From an uncultured bacterium (lineage in GTDB: Bacteria; Patescibacteriota; Saccharimonadia; UBA4664), in the NCBI GenBank assembly GCA_963740635.1, contig CAVUEQ010000001.1, forward strand, positions 337,026 through 401,025: DNA of 64,000 bases, read 5' to 3'. Shown piece after piece: positions 27,020 through 34,620 of the stretch (positions are counted from its first letter, which is position 1; each line of letters begins with the position of its first letter). Made by a program: the position numbers and the translations under genes. The notes beneath the pieces are model-generated. The model saw only the letters and a list, made by a program, of their open reading frames with translations. It made no database searches and was not told the DNA's origin.

Positions 27020-27433
27020 TTATTCTTGAATTTGCTTGAACTTGTCAGCAATTAACGCGGGTACCTCACTTAGACGCTCATATCTAACCAAAGAATACTT
27101 CTTTGACGGGATACCCTCAACCAGTCTAGAAATATGCGTGGCTTTGTGGGCTAATGCCAATACGGGCTTGTCGTGTTTTTCGATGGCAGTGGCAATTTCA
27201 TATCCCAGACCGATGGCCGGGTAATCGCAGATGGCCACGAACAGGTCGCAAGAGCCGACATTGGTGACAATGTCGCGCTGGTAGACATCTGCCGGCGTGC
27301 CGCCCACGAGCCCGATAAATTCCAATACCTCAAAGCGGGAGTGCAGTTCGCGCTTCATGTCTGCAATGGCCGCTACAAATTCAGGCGGGGCTTGGGTGAG
27401 TGAATGCCCGATGTAAAGTTTGGGCTTAGGCAT
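27020..27433 (-). CDS. Nucleoside 2-deoxyribosyltransferase-like superfamily protein
   Basis: Trimmed to MPKPKLYIGHSL.. (ATG 27431-27433; 8-nt overlap with tmk). ..CDLFVAICDYPAIGLGYEIATAIEKHDKPVLAL.. fits the NDT/Rcl-type fold with a conserved Glu. Confidence 0.6.
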   Translation of the reverse strand: MPKPKLYIGHSLTQAPPEFVAAIADMKRELHSRFEVLEFIGLVGGTPADVYQRDIVTNVGSCDLFVAICDYPAIGLGYEIATAIEKHDKPVLALAHKATHISRLVEGIPSKKYSLVRYERLSEVPALIADKFKQIQE

Positions 27434-28124
27434 GTGCGGCTCCGATGAGCGGTTTAACCAGGCGCCGGATTTCGCCCTGGATGTCGTCGATGGTGCGGAT
27501 TTTGCCCTCGGGGGCGCAGTCGATGGCGGTGACGGTGCCCGATAGCAGGCGGCAGATTTCGGCATAGGTGGTGGCTACGCGCCCGAGGTAGGCTAGGTCG
27601 TCTTCATGGATGTCGCGGGTTTTGCCCCCGAGGTGGGCGCGGCCGCCGCGCTGGTCGACCAAGCCGCGGGCTATGCCGGCCGGCATTTGCAGCACAATGT
27701 TGAGGTCGGGGCGCGGGATGCCCAGGATGCCGTATTCGAGATCTTCGTTCCAGGCAAAGTAGCGGCGGCGTTCCTCGGGTGAACTGATTTTGGCTCCCTG
27801 ATGGCCCATATTCGATATTACGTAGCGGTCACAGATGATGGTTTTTCCTGCTGATAAAGCCTTTTCAATGTCAGCTGCGGTGTCAAAGCGGTCGAGGGCG
27901 TAGAACAGTGAGCTCCGGTAGGCATCAACATCGTCAACTGTGCCGTATCCCCCGTTCAGGTATTTTTCGACGAAGTAGGCGGATGGCTGGCCGTAGCGCG
28001 GGAAGTCGAACGACTTTGTGTGCACGCCTTGCTCAGTGAGCCATTCGGTGAGTAATTGGTAATGCGTGCTCTTACCCGAGCCGTCGCTACCCTCAATAAC
28101 GATGAAGTGTCCCCTATTTGGCAT
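27426..28124 (-). CDS. tmk: Thymidylate (dTMP) kinase
   Basis: GHFIVIEGSDGSGKSTH.. P-loop, DRY motif (CDRYVISN). Confidence 0.9.
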   Translation of the reverse strand: MPNRGHFIVIEGSDGSGKSTHYQLLTEWLTEQGVHTKSFDFPRYGQPSAYFVEKYLNGGYGTVDDVDAYRSSLFYALDRFDTAADIEKALSAGKTIICDRYVISNMGHQGAKISSPEERRRYFAWNEDLEYGILGIPRPDLNIVLQMPAGIARGLVDQRGGRAHLGGKTRDIHEDDLAYLGRVATTYAEICRLLSGTVTAIDCAPEGKIRTIDDIQGEIRRLVKPLIGAAHA

Positions 28125-28638
28125 GGGCTTTGGTTAAAGTATTGTTCGGATTGGCTTTGTTAAACAGGAACTCGCTGCCTTCGAGAAGGTACACCTGCTT
28201 TATTCCGGCCGCAATCATTTTGTCCCAGCAAGGCTGGCAGCACCACCAATGGCCCCAGAGGTAAATGTCGGCGCCGTTGACGTCAACGCCAGCACCCTGG
28301 GCCGCGGCCAGGGCTTTGGCCTCGCCGTGGTTCTTGGGGTGGCAGCCTTCGCAGAGTTCGTAACCCTGGCCTGTGGGGATGCCGCGCCGCACGCGTTCGC
28401 AGCCGTGCAGGCGGTGGTAGTCGCTGCCGTTGGCGCCTTTGGCGATGATTTTGCCGTCGCGCACGATGACGCTGCTGTTGGGCATGGCGTCGTCGAGCGA
28501 CTCAGCCTTGGCGGTTTTTTCGGCCTCACGCATAAATTCGTTGCCGGCCGGCACGTACTCAATCGTCCGGCCCGCGGGCAAATAGGGGTAGCTCACGCTG
28601 TGCACCGATTTCACCACCATATTATATACTGTTAGCAT
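28114..28638 (-). CDS. CMP/dCMP-type zinc deaminase (dCMP deaminase-like)
   Basis: ..HGCERV..CEGCHPKNHGEAKALAAA.. (HxE) and ..WWCCQPCWDKMIAAGIKQVYLL (PCxxC). The alternative start is M7 at 28618-28620. Confidence 0.75.
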   Translation of the reverse strand: MLTVYNMVVKSVHSVSYPYLPAGRTIEYVPAGNEFMREAEKTAKAESLDDAMPNSSVIVRDGKIIAKGANGSDYHRLHGCERVRRGIPTGQGYELCEGCHPKNHGEAKALAAAQGAGVDVNGADIYLWGHWWCCQPCWDKMIAAGIKQVYLLEGSEFLFNKANPNNTLTKAHAK

Positions 28639-28639
28639 T

Positions 28640-29476
28640 ATGGCGCGATTTGACCAGATTTACCAAGACTTGCTGCGGGACATTTTGCGCGACGGGATCG
28701 CCGAAACCAACGGCCGCACCGGGCATGAAACCAAAGCGCTGCCGGGCATAAGCTTTTCGGTAGACACAGCGCGCGAAGGGTTCCCACTGCTGGGCCTGCG
28801 CAAAATCCCGCTGAAGGTGTTTATTGCCGAGCAAATCTGGTTTGTGAGCGGGGCGCGGCGGCCCGACGATTTTCTGCGCGACTTCACCAAGATTTGGGAC
28901 GACTTCACCAACCCCAACGACGTGGTGACAGTGGCCTATGGCTACCGCTGGCGGCGGCATTTTGGCCGCGACCAGCTGGCGGCGCTGGTGGCGCTGCTGG
29001 AGAATGACCCATCGAGCCGGCACGGTGTGGTGGTGACGTGGGACCCGTCGAGCGACGGACTGGGCGGCACTGCCCGGGGCAATGTTCCCTGCCCCTACAC
29101 GTTTACGGTTAACATCATCGGCGGGCGGCTGCACCTGCACAATATCGTGCGCTCCAATGACGTGATGCTGGGCCTCCCTCACGATGTGGCCGGGTTCGCG
29201 CTGCTGCAGGCGATGCTGGCGCAGCGGCTGGGGGTGGAGCCGGGCGTGTACACGCATTCGATCTCGAATGCCCACATTTACGACATTCATTACGAGGCGG
29301 CTGAATCGATGCTCGAGCGCACGACCGACCAGCCAAAGGTGGACCTGGAGCTACCGCACGATTCGTTTAAGCGGGCGGAGGGCAAGGATCCGGTGTTGGT
29401 GCAGGAGATCTTTGAGGCTTTGAGCAGCCAATATCACCCGTCTGATGCGGTGCCAGGCCTGAGGATTGTACTTTGA
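28640..29476 (+). CDS. thyA: Thymidylate synthase (ThyA) family enzyme with an atypical pyrimidine-specificity residue
   Basis: RTGHET, FIAEQIWFV, AYGYRWR, DPSSRHGVVVTW, VPC(151)PY, VRSNDVMLGLPHD(182)VAGFALL, NAHIY, and the C-terminal ..VPGLRIVL tail. See the finding on D182. Confidence 0.8.
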   Translation: MARFDQIYQDLLRDILRDGIAETNGRTGHETKALPGISFSVDTAREGFPLLGLRKIPLKVFIAEQIWFVSGARRPDDFLRDFTKIWDDFTNPNDVVTVAYGYRWRRHFGRDQLAALVALLENDPSSRHGVVVTWDPSSDGLGGTARGNVPCPYTFTVNIIGGRLHLHNIVRSNDVMLGLPHDVAGFALLQAMLAQRLGVEPGVYTHSISNAHIYDIHYEAAESMLERTTDQPKVDLELPHDSFKRAEGKDPVLVQEIFEALSSQYHPSDAVPGLRIVL

Positions 29477-29976
29477 AAGTGGTGCTGGTGGCGGGTATAA
29501 CGGCTGACGGGTTTATAGCCCGGCATGCGGGCCAGACGTCGATGGACTGGACGAGCCCGGAGGACAAGAAACATTTCGTGCAGGTCACGAAAGAGTTGGG
29601 GACGATGGTGCTGGGCTCGACTACGTTTGACACCATCGGGAGGGCATTGCCGGGCCGGCGCATGATCGTGATGACCAGCCGGCCGGAAGCTTACGAGGTG
29701 CCTGGGGTTGAAACCTTTACCGGGAGTGCCCAGGATTTGGTGTCAGAACTCGAATCCGAAGGTGTGCCGGCGCTAGCGGTCATTGGCGGGGCCGGTGTGT
29801 ACGGACAATTTCTGGCCGCGGGGCTGGCCGACGAACTGATGCTCACGGTTGAGCCGCACGTATTTGGCCGTGGTATTACGCTGGCTGATGCCGATCTTGA
29901 CCTCAAGCTGCGGCTGCTGGACACGCAAAAGCTCGGGGAGAATTCAATAGTTATTCAATACGAAGTGGAGCGATAA
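29473..29976 (+). CDS. Dihydrofolate reductase family protein (RibD C-terminal-like fold)
   Basis: MKVVLVAGITADGFIA.., ..MVLGSTTFDTIG.., ..VIGGAGVYGQFL.. The TTG start overlaps the thyA stop by 4 nt. Confidence 0.7.
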   Translation: MKVVLVAGITADGFIARHAGQTSMDWTSPEDKKHFVQVTKELGTMVLGSTTFDTIGRALPGRRMIVMTSRPEAYEVPGVETFTGSAQDLVSELESEGVPALAVIGGAGVYGQFLAAGLADELMLTVEPHVFGRGITLADADLDLKLRLLDTQKLGENSIVIQYEVER

Positions 29977-29977
29977 C

Positions 29978-30640
29978 ATGGCAATTTTGACGCGTATCCA
30001 GATTCTCGAGCGCATGAAGCAGGAGAATTTGGGTTTCTCGCCCAACCTGGACACATTTCAGTTGCAGGAGCATTCGATTGATTTACGGCTAGGGTTCACT
30101 TTCCTGATCCCGAAATCGTGGCAGCTGACGCCGCGAGGGCGCGAGGCGGTTTCGATTGACTCGTTTGGTGACAACGTGTATCCGGCGCCGCATTTCGATG
30201 TGGTGGAGTTGGAAAAAGGGCAATATTTTGAATTGCTGCCGGGCGAACACATCACGGTGTCGACGCTGGAGGCGGTAAAAATACCTAACGACCTCATGGC
30301 CGTGCTTTACCCGCGTTCCAGCACCAACCGCCGGGGTTTGAGCGTGGACCTCACCGGCATCGTAGATAGCGGCTACGAGGGGCAGCTAATTATTCCGTTA
30401 AGAAACAGCACCGCCCACCAGACCATCCGGCTCTACCCAGGTGAGCGCATTTGCCAGATAATCTTTGAGGAACTGGGGCACAAAGTTAGCCCGCGCCGGA
30501 GCCGCTACCACAAAAAGGACATCATTGAGGGGATGATTGTAGAGGGCCAGCCCAAGGAGCGTGAGGTCGAGATGGCGCTGATTCGCAAGGGCGAAATCCG
30601 CGAGCTCAAGGCCGAACATGCGGTGGATGTAGACTCCTAA
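29978..30640 (+). CDS. dcd: dCTP deaminase family protein
   Basis: MAILTRIQILERM.., ..SIDLRLG.., ..GIVDSGYEGQLIIPLRNST..IRLYPGERICQIIF.. About 25 aa of C-terminal extension. Confidence 0.85.
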   Translation: MAILTRIQILERMKQENLGFSPNLDTFQLQEHSIDLRLGFTFLIPKSWQLTPRGREAVSIDSFGDNVYPAPHFDVVELEKGQYFELLPGEHITVSTLEAVKIPNDLMAVLYPRSSTNRRGLSVDLTGIVDSGYEGQLIIPLRNSTAHQTIRLYPGERICQIIFEELGHKVSPRRSRYHKKDIIEGMIVEGQPKEREVEMALIRKGEIRELKAEHAVDVDS

Positions 30641-30772
30641 ATACATGATTCGCCTAGAATACGCGAAGCCGCACCTGAGGGTTAGGAGGAAGCCGGCGCC
30701 GAAAAGATGATCCGGTTGCGTAAAAATACTTAAAATTGGTATGCATAAAAATTTTTAGTAATTATGCAAAAG

Positions 30773-30804
30773 CAGAACAGCCCCTTGCAAGAGGGGCTGT
30801 TCTG
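30773..30804. terminator. Convergent terminator between dcd and rplA
   Basis: CAGAACAGCCCCT TGCAAG AGGGGCTGTTCTG: 13-bp stem, followed on the minus strand by CTTTTGC. Confidence 0.7.
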
Positions 30805-30818
30805 GTGGGCTGGGATGT

Positions 30819-31832
30819 TTATTTTTTGCCGGTGGCGACGGCGGAGATGGTGGCCGCAGAGTCGACCTTGATGCCGGGGCCCATACTCGTGGTGACGGCG
30901 ATGGCCTTCACGTAGGTGCCCTTGGCGGTGGCCGGTTTGGCCTTGAGGATGGCCGCGAGGAAGGTGGTGACGTTTTCGGCCAGTGCCTCGGGCTTAAAGG
31001 AGACCTTGCCGACGGCCTGGTGAATGATGGCCTGCTTGTCGATGCGGAACTCGACCCGCCCGGCCTTGGCCTCTTTCACGGCTTTGGCGACGTCGGGGGT
31101 GACAGTGCCGGATTTGGGGTTGGGCATGAGGCCGCGCGGGCCGAGGACCTTGGCGACTTTGCCCAGGGTGGCCATGCCGGCCGGGGTGGCTACGAGCATG
31201 TCGAAGTTGAGCTTGCCGGCCTCGATGTCTTTGAGCAGCTTGTCGGCGCCCACGATGTCGGCGCCGGCGGCCTTGGCCTCATCGGCGGCTTTGCCGTCGG
31301 CGTAGACGGCCACGCGGATGGTCTTGCCGGTCCCGTGCGGCAGAACCACGGTGGAGCGGACCATTTGGTCTGCCTGGCGCGGGTCGACGCCGAGGTTGAT
31401 GTGCAGCTCCACTGAGCTATCGAACTTGGTGCTGGCGGTCTTGCGGGCCAGGTCCAGGGCTTCGTCGAGCGCGTAGGGTTTGCCGGGCTCGATGAACTTC
31501 GCGGCTTCGCGGTATTTCTTGCCGTGCTGGTGGAGCGGGTTGGGTACGGAGCGCTTGGCGGGCTTAGGGGCTTCTCCGGCTGCGGCCTCTGCCTCGGCCC
31601 GGTGCTCCTTGGCCTCCTGGCGGGCCTCTTCGGCTTCGGCTTCGCGGACGGCCTTGGCACTGTGTTTGCCGGCCTTGGTCAGTTTGGCTTCGGCCCCGGT
31701 GGTCACTTCTTCGGCCTCAGCAGTTTCGGTTTCGGCAACTGCTTCGGTATCAGTGGTGATTTCCTCGGTAGGTTCGACTTCGGGTGTCTCCACTACTTCT
31801 TCAACTTCCGCGGTTTTCTTCTTGGTTGCCAT
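30819..31832 (-). CDS. rplA: 50S ribosomal protein L1 with an acidic N-terminal extension of about 100 aa
   Basis: The canonical L1 core starts near ..[24 protein letters not shown].. (about aa 103). The ATG at 31830-31832 overlaps the rplK stop (TAATG). Confidence 0.9.
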   Translation of the reverse strand: MATKKKTAEVEEVVETPEVEPTEEITTDTEAVAETETAEAEEVTTGAEAKLTKAGKHSAKAVREAEAEEARQEAKEHRAEAEAAAGEAPKPAKRSVPNPLHQHGKKYREAAKFIEPGKPYALDEALDLARKTASTKFDSSVELHINLGVDPRQADQMVRSTVVLPHGTGKTIRVAVYADGKAADEAKAAGADIVGADKLLKDIEAGKLNFDMLVATPAGMATLGKVAKVLGPRGLMPNPKSGTVTPDVAKAVKEAKAGRVEFRIDKQAIIHQAVGKVSFKPEALAENVTTFLAAILKAKPATAKGTYVKAIAVTTSMGPGIKVDSAATISAVATGKK

Positions 31833-32266
31833 TACTGCGTTACCTCGATGCCCATGGAGCGGGCCTGGCCGGCAACAATTTTGGCGGCGGCCTCCAGGCT
31901 GTGGGCGTTCATGTCCTGGATTTTCTTTTCGGCCAGTTCGTTGACCTGGGCCTGAGTGAGCGTACCAACTTTGGTCTTGTTGGGCACGCCTGAGCCTTTG
32001 TCGACGCCGGCGGCATGGCGGATCTGACTGGCCATCGTTTCGCTTTTAAAGCTGAAGATGAAGGTGCGGTCTTCGTAAATCTGGACCTTCACATTGAGCA
32101 ATTGGTCGCCTAAATCGCGGGTTTGGTCGTTGAACGCGTTAATGAAGTCCATCATGTTGACGCCGTGCGCACCGAGCATCGAACCAACCGGGGGCGCCGG
32201 AGTAGCTTTGCCCGCTTGCACGCGGAATTTAATATTGGCCTTTACAGGCTTGGCAACTGTGGCCAT
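31832..32266 (-). CDS. rplK: 50S ribosomal protein L11
   Basis: ..[34 protein letters not shown].. Confidence 0.95.
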   Translation of the reverse strand: MATVAKPVKANIKFRVQAGKATPAPPVGSMLGAHGVNMMDFINAFNDQTRDLGDQLLNVKVQIYEDRTFIFSFKSETMASQIRHAAGVDKGSGVPNKTKVGTLTQAQVNELAEKKIQDMNAHSLEAAAKIVAGQARSMGIEVTQ

Positions 32267-32371
32267 AGAATTCTCCTAGTGGTCAAACGGCCGCTCGGCG
32301 GCCTCCCACGCGTTATGTTAACTGTGAGATGGTAACAGATTGTGGGCGGCTTGGGAAGAGTATTATGACTG

Positions 32372-33255
32372 GGTTCTGTCCACTAAACCGGAACAGCCAT
32401 ACTCTTAAGTAATGTGAATGGGTCTCGAAATAGTTCAGGGTGGCTCCTCCGTGCCTGAAACTCCTGCAGTATGCCGGACAAGAAGCGCTTCAAGAAGCGG
32501 TCGCGGGTTCGGATGACAAACCGGTCCAGGCAGCTCCAGACATTCTCGGCCCGGTTGGTTGGCCCGAAGTGCCCCCGGTCATGGTTGCAGACGACGAGTC
32601 CGTAGCCGACGTCCTCGAGCCCCAGATGGGAAGCGTGGGCGTCAGCATGAATGAGGCTGCCGACCTCAGCGTGACGGTCAAGGAAGCCCTCAACGGTATC
32701 TTGGGCTACATCCGGAATGACCTCTAGTCGCACTTTGTTTGTTTCCCGGTCGACCACCCCCATGACAATAGCTTGGTTGCCATATTTCTGGTGACCCAGG
32801 AAGGACTCGTCAATCTCCAGGAGGCCAGCCAATGGGTCGCCCTCACTGCGGGGCAACCGGGACCGGAGCCGTTCCAGCCACCGCTGCACCGTCGGGTAGC
32901 TGAGGCCGGTCGCCACCACAATGTCGCCTGGAGAGTGCTTGCCCTGCCAACAGATGACGAGGGCCAGGATCTTGACCCAGGACAGCTTCGAGAACCCGAA
33001 TCCCAGGTTGCGCTTGAGGCTCCATTTCCGGCGGCAGGTACCGCACCACAGGTATTTCTCCCGTACAAGTATTGTCTTGTGGCTTTGCCAAGGGCAAACC
33101 AGGCCATTGGGATATATTTCCCGGACCACCAGCTCGACACACTCCTGGTTATCCCGGGGCAGATTTATTAAGGTATACATTGGAACAAGTCTCCTTGCTT
33201 TAAGTTATTGCCGTAACTTAAGTGTAGAACTTGTTCCGCTTTAGTTTAGAGAACC
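32372..33255 (-). mobile_element. IS1595-family insertion sequence, copy B (884 bp)
   Basis: Identical to copy A. 9-bp target duplication TTATGACTG at 32363-32371 and 33256-33264; the right-hand copy contains the stop codon of the DUF2277-like gene. Confidence 0.9.
32383..33180 (-). CDS. IS1595-family transposase (identical to 24463-25260)
   Basis: Same 265-aa product. Confidence 0.85.
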   Translation of the reverse strand: MYTLINLPRDNQECVELVVREIYPNGLVCPWQSHKTILVREKYLWCGTCRRKWSLKRNLGFGFSKLSWVKILALVICWQGKHSPGDIVVATGLSYPTVQRWLERLRSRLPRSEGDPLAGLLEIDESFLGHQKYGNQAIVMGVVDRETNKVRLEVIPDVAQDTVEGFLDRHAEVGSLIHADAHASHLGLEDVGYGLVVCNHDRGHFGPTNRAENVWSCLDRFVIRTRDRFLKRFLSGILQEFQARRSHPELFRDPFTLLKSMAVPV

Positions 33256-33531
33256 TTATGACTGCAGCCCGAACCGCTTGATTGCGCGTTCGTGGGCTTT
33301 GGCGGCTTCGACTTCACGGTTTTTGGGTTCGGCGTCGGTGATGAGCGAGTTGAGCAAGCGTCGTGCGACACCTGTGACCTCCTCAACCCCGCGGTCGAAA
33401 GCGGCTTCGTTGGCCTGGGACGGCTCGTGGTAGCCGGACAGTTTGCGCACGAACTGCAGGGTGGCGTCGTGGATTTCGTGCTCGGTGGCAGGCGGATCGA
33501 AGTTAAATAGCGTCTTAATATTGCGGCACAT
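33256..33531 (-). CDS. DUF2277-like small protein
   Basis: MCRNIKTLFNFDPPATEHEIHDATLQFVRKLSGYHEPSQANEAAF.. matches my recollection of that family. Confidence 0.65.
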   Translation of the reverse strand: MCRNIKTLFNFDPPATEHEIHDATLQFVRKLSGYHEPSQANEAAFDRGVEEVTGVARRLLNSLITDAEPKNREVEAAKAHERAIKRFGLQS

Positions 33532-33559
33532 GGCGGCCTCCTTTATCGTATTTTACAGA

Positions 33560-34066
33560 ATGAAATTGAGCTTTCTGGCCAAGATCGAGATCACGGGAGT
33601 AAATCCGTATGTGTTGGTGACTTCTGAGCTGGCTGTGCAGATGCGGCCGGATTGGCATGGGCCAATGCCGGTACGGGTGCAGATTAACGGGCAACCTGAA
33701 CCCCCTTGGCATATCAACATGATGCCAATGGGCCACGGGAATTTCTACTTGTATTTGGCCGGAGTAGTGCGCAAGGCGTCGAAAACCGGCGTGGGCGATG
33801 TAGTGCGGGTGGTGGTGGAATTTGATGAGGGTTACCGCGGTGGGCCGGATGATCTGCCGGAGTGGTTCGAAGAGGCGGTGGCGGGGAATGTGACGGCTTC
33901 GGCCAACTGGCAGGCGCTCACGCCCAGCCGCCAAAAAGAGGTGGTGCGGTATCTGCGGGCGCTGAAATCGGACGAGGCCCGCGAGCGCAATCTGGAGAAG
34001 GTGATGCGAATGTTGGCAGGCGAGAGCGGCCACTGGATGGGCCGGGATTGGGAAGACGGGCAGTAG
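33560..34066 (+). CDS. DUF1905 / YdeI (OmpD-associated)-like protein
   Basis: Trimmed to ATG 33560 (MKLSFLAKIEITGVNPYVLV..). C-terminal ..WQALTPSRQKEVVRYLRALKSDEARERNLEKVM.. Confidence 0.65.
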   Translation: MKLSFLAKIEITGVNPYVLVTSELAVQMRPDWHGPMPVRVQINGQPEPPWHINMMPMGHGNFYLYLAGVVRKASKTGVGDVVRVVVEFDEGYRGGPDDLPEWFEEAVAGNVTASANWQALTPSRQKEVVRYLRALKSDEARERNLEKVMRMLAGESGHWMGRDWEDGQ

Positions 34067-34069
34067 TAG

Positions 34070-34612
34070 CTAGATCTTCTTGACCTGGAGGCTGTCAAGC
34101 TCGACGGGGGTTTCGCGGCCGAACATGTTGACCAGAACTTTGATCTTGCCCTTGTTCTCGTCGATTTCGTTGACCATGCCGTCGAAGCCCTTGAAGGGGC
34201 CGTCGACGATGTTGACCGCTTCCCCGACCGAGAAGTCGATCTTGAATTTGGGCTCTTCCACGCCCATGCGTTTTTGGATGTGCTTGACTTCATCTTCGGA
34301 GATTGGCGTGGGGGTGGTGCCGGAGCCGACGAAGCCGGTGACGTTGGGGGTGTTGCGCACCACGTACCAGGAATCTTCGGTGACGTCCATTTGGACTAGG
34401 ACGTAGCCCGGGAAAATGCGGCGTTCGACGATGCGGCGGCGGCCATTCTTGATCTCGATCTGGTTTTCCTTGGGCACGATGACATCAAAGATTTTGCCGG
34501 CCATGTGCATGGTCTCAATACGTTGGCGCAGGTTCTCGGCCACACGGTCTTCGTAGCCGGAATAGGTGTGGATTACGTACCAATGCTTGGATTTGGTATG
34601 GCTCTCGGTCAT
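34070..34612 (-). CDS. nusG: Transcription termination/antitermination factor NusG
   Basis: KHWYVIHTYSGYEDRV.., ..FPGYVLVQM.., KOW ..GEAVNIVDGPFKGFDGMV.. Confidence 0.95.
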   Translation of the reverse strand: MTESHTKSKHWYVIHTYSGYEDRVAENLRQRIETMHMAGKIFDVIVPKENQIEIKNGRRRIVERRIFPGYVLVQMDVTEDSWYVVRNTPNVTGFVGSGTTPTPISEDEVKHIQKRMGVEEPKFKIDFSVGEAVNIVDGPFKGFDGMVNEIDENKGKIKVLVNMFGRETPVELDSLQVKKI

Positions 34613-34620
34613 TATTACCC

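Noticed and set aside
24452-33255. The two IS copies plus the 7-kb interval forming a composite transposon that carries the thymidylate locus and rplKA.
   Set aside because: Each copy has its own matching 9-bp duplication (AAATATCGC versus TTATGACTG). The outer flanks of the pair do not match each other. The insertions were therefore independent, and the interval also contains essential ribosomal genes.
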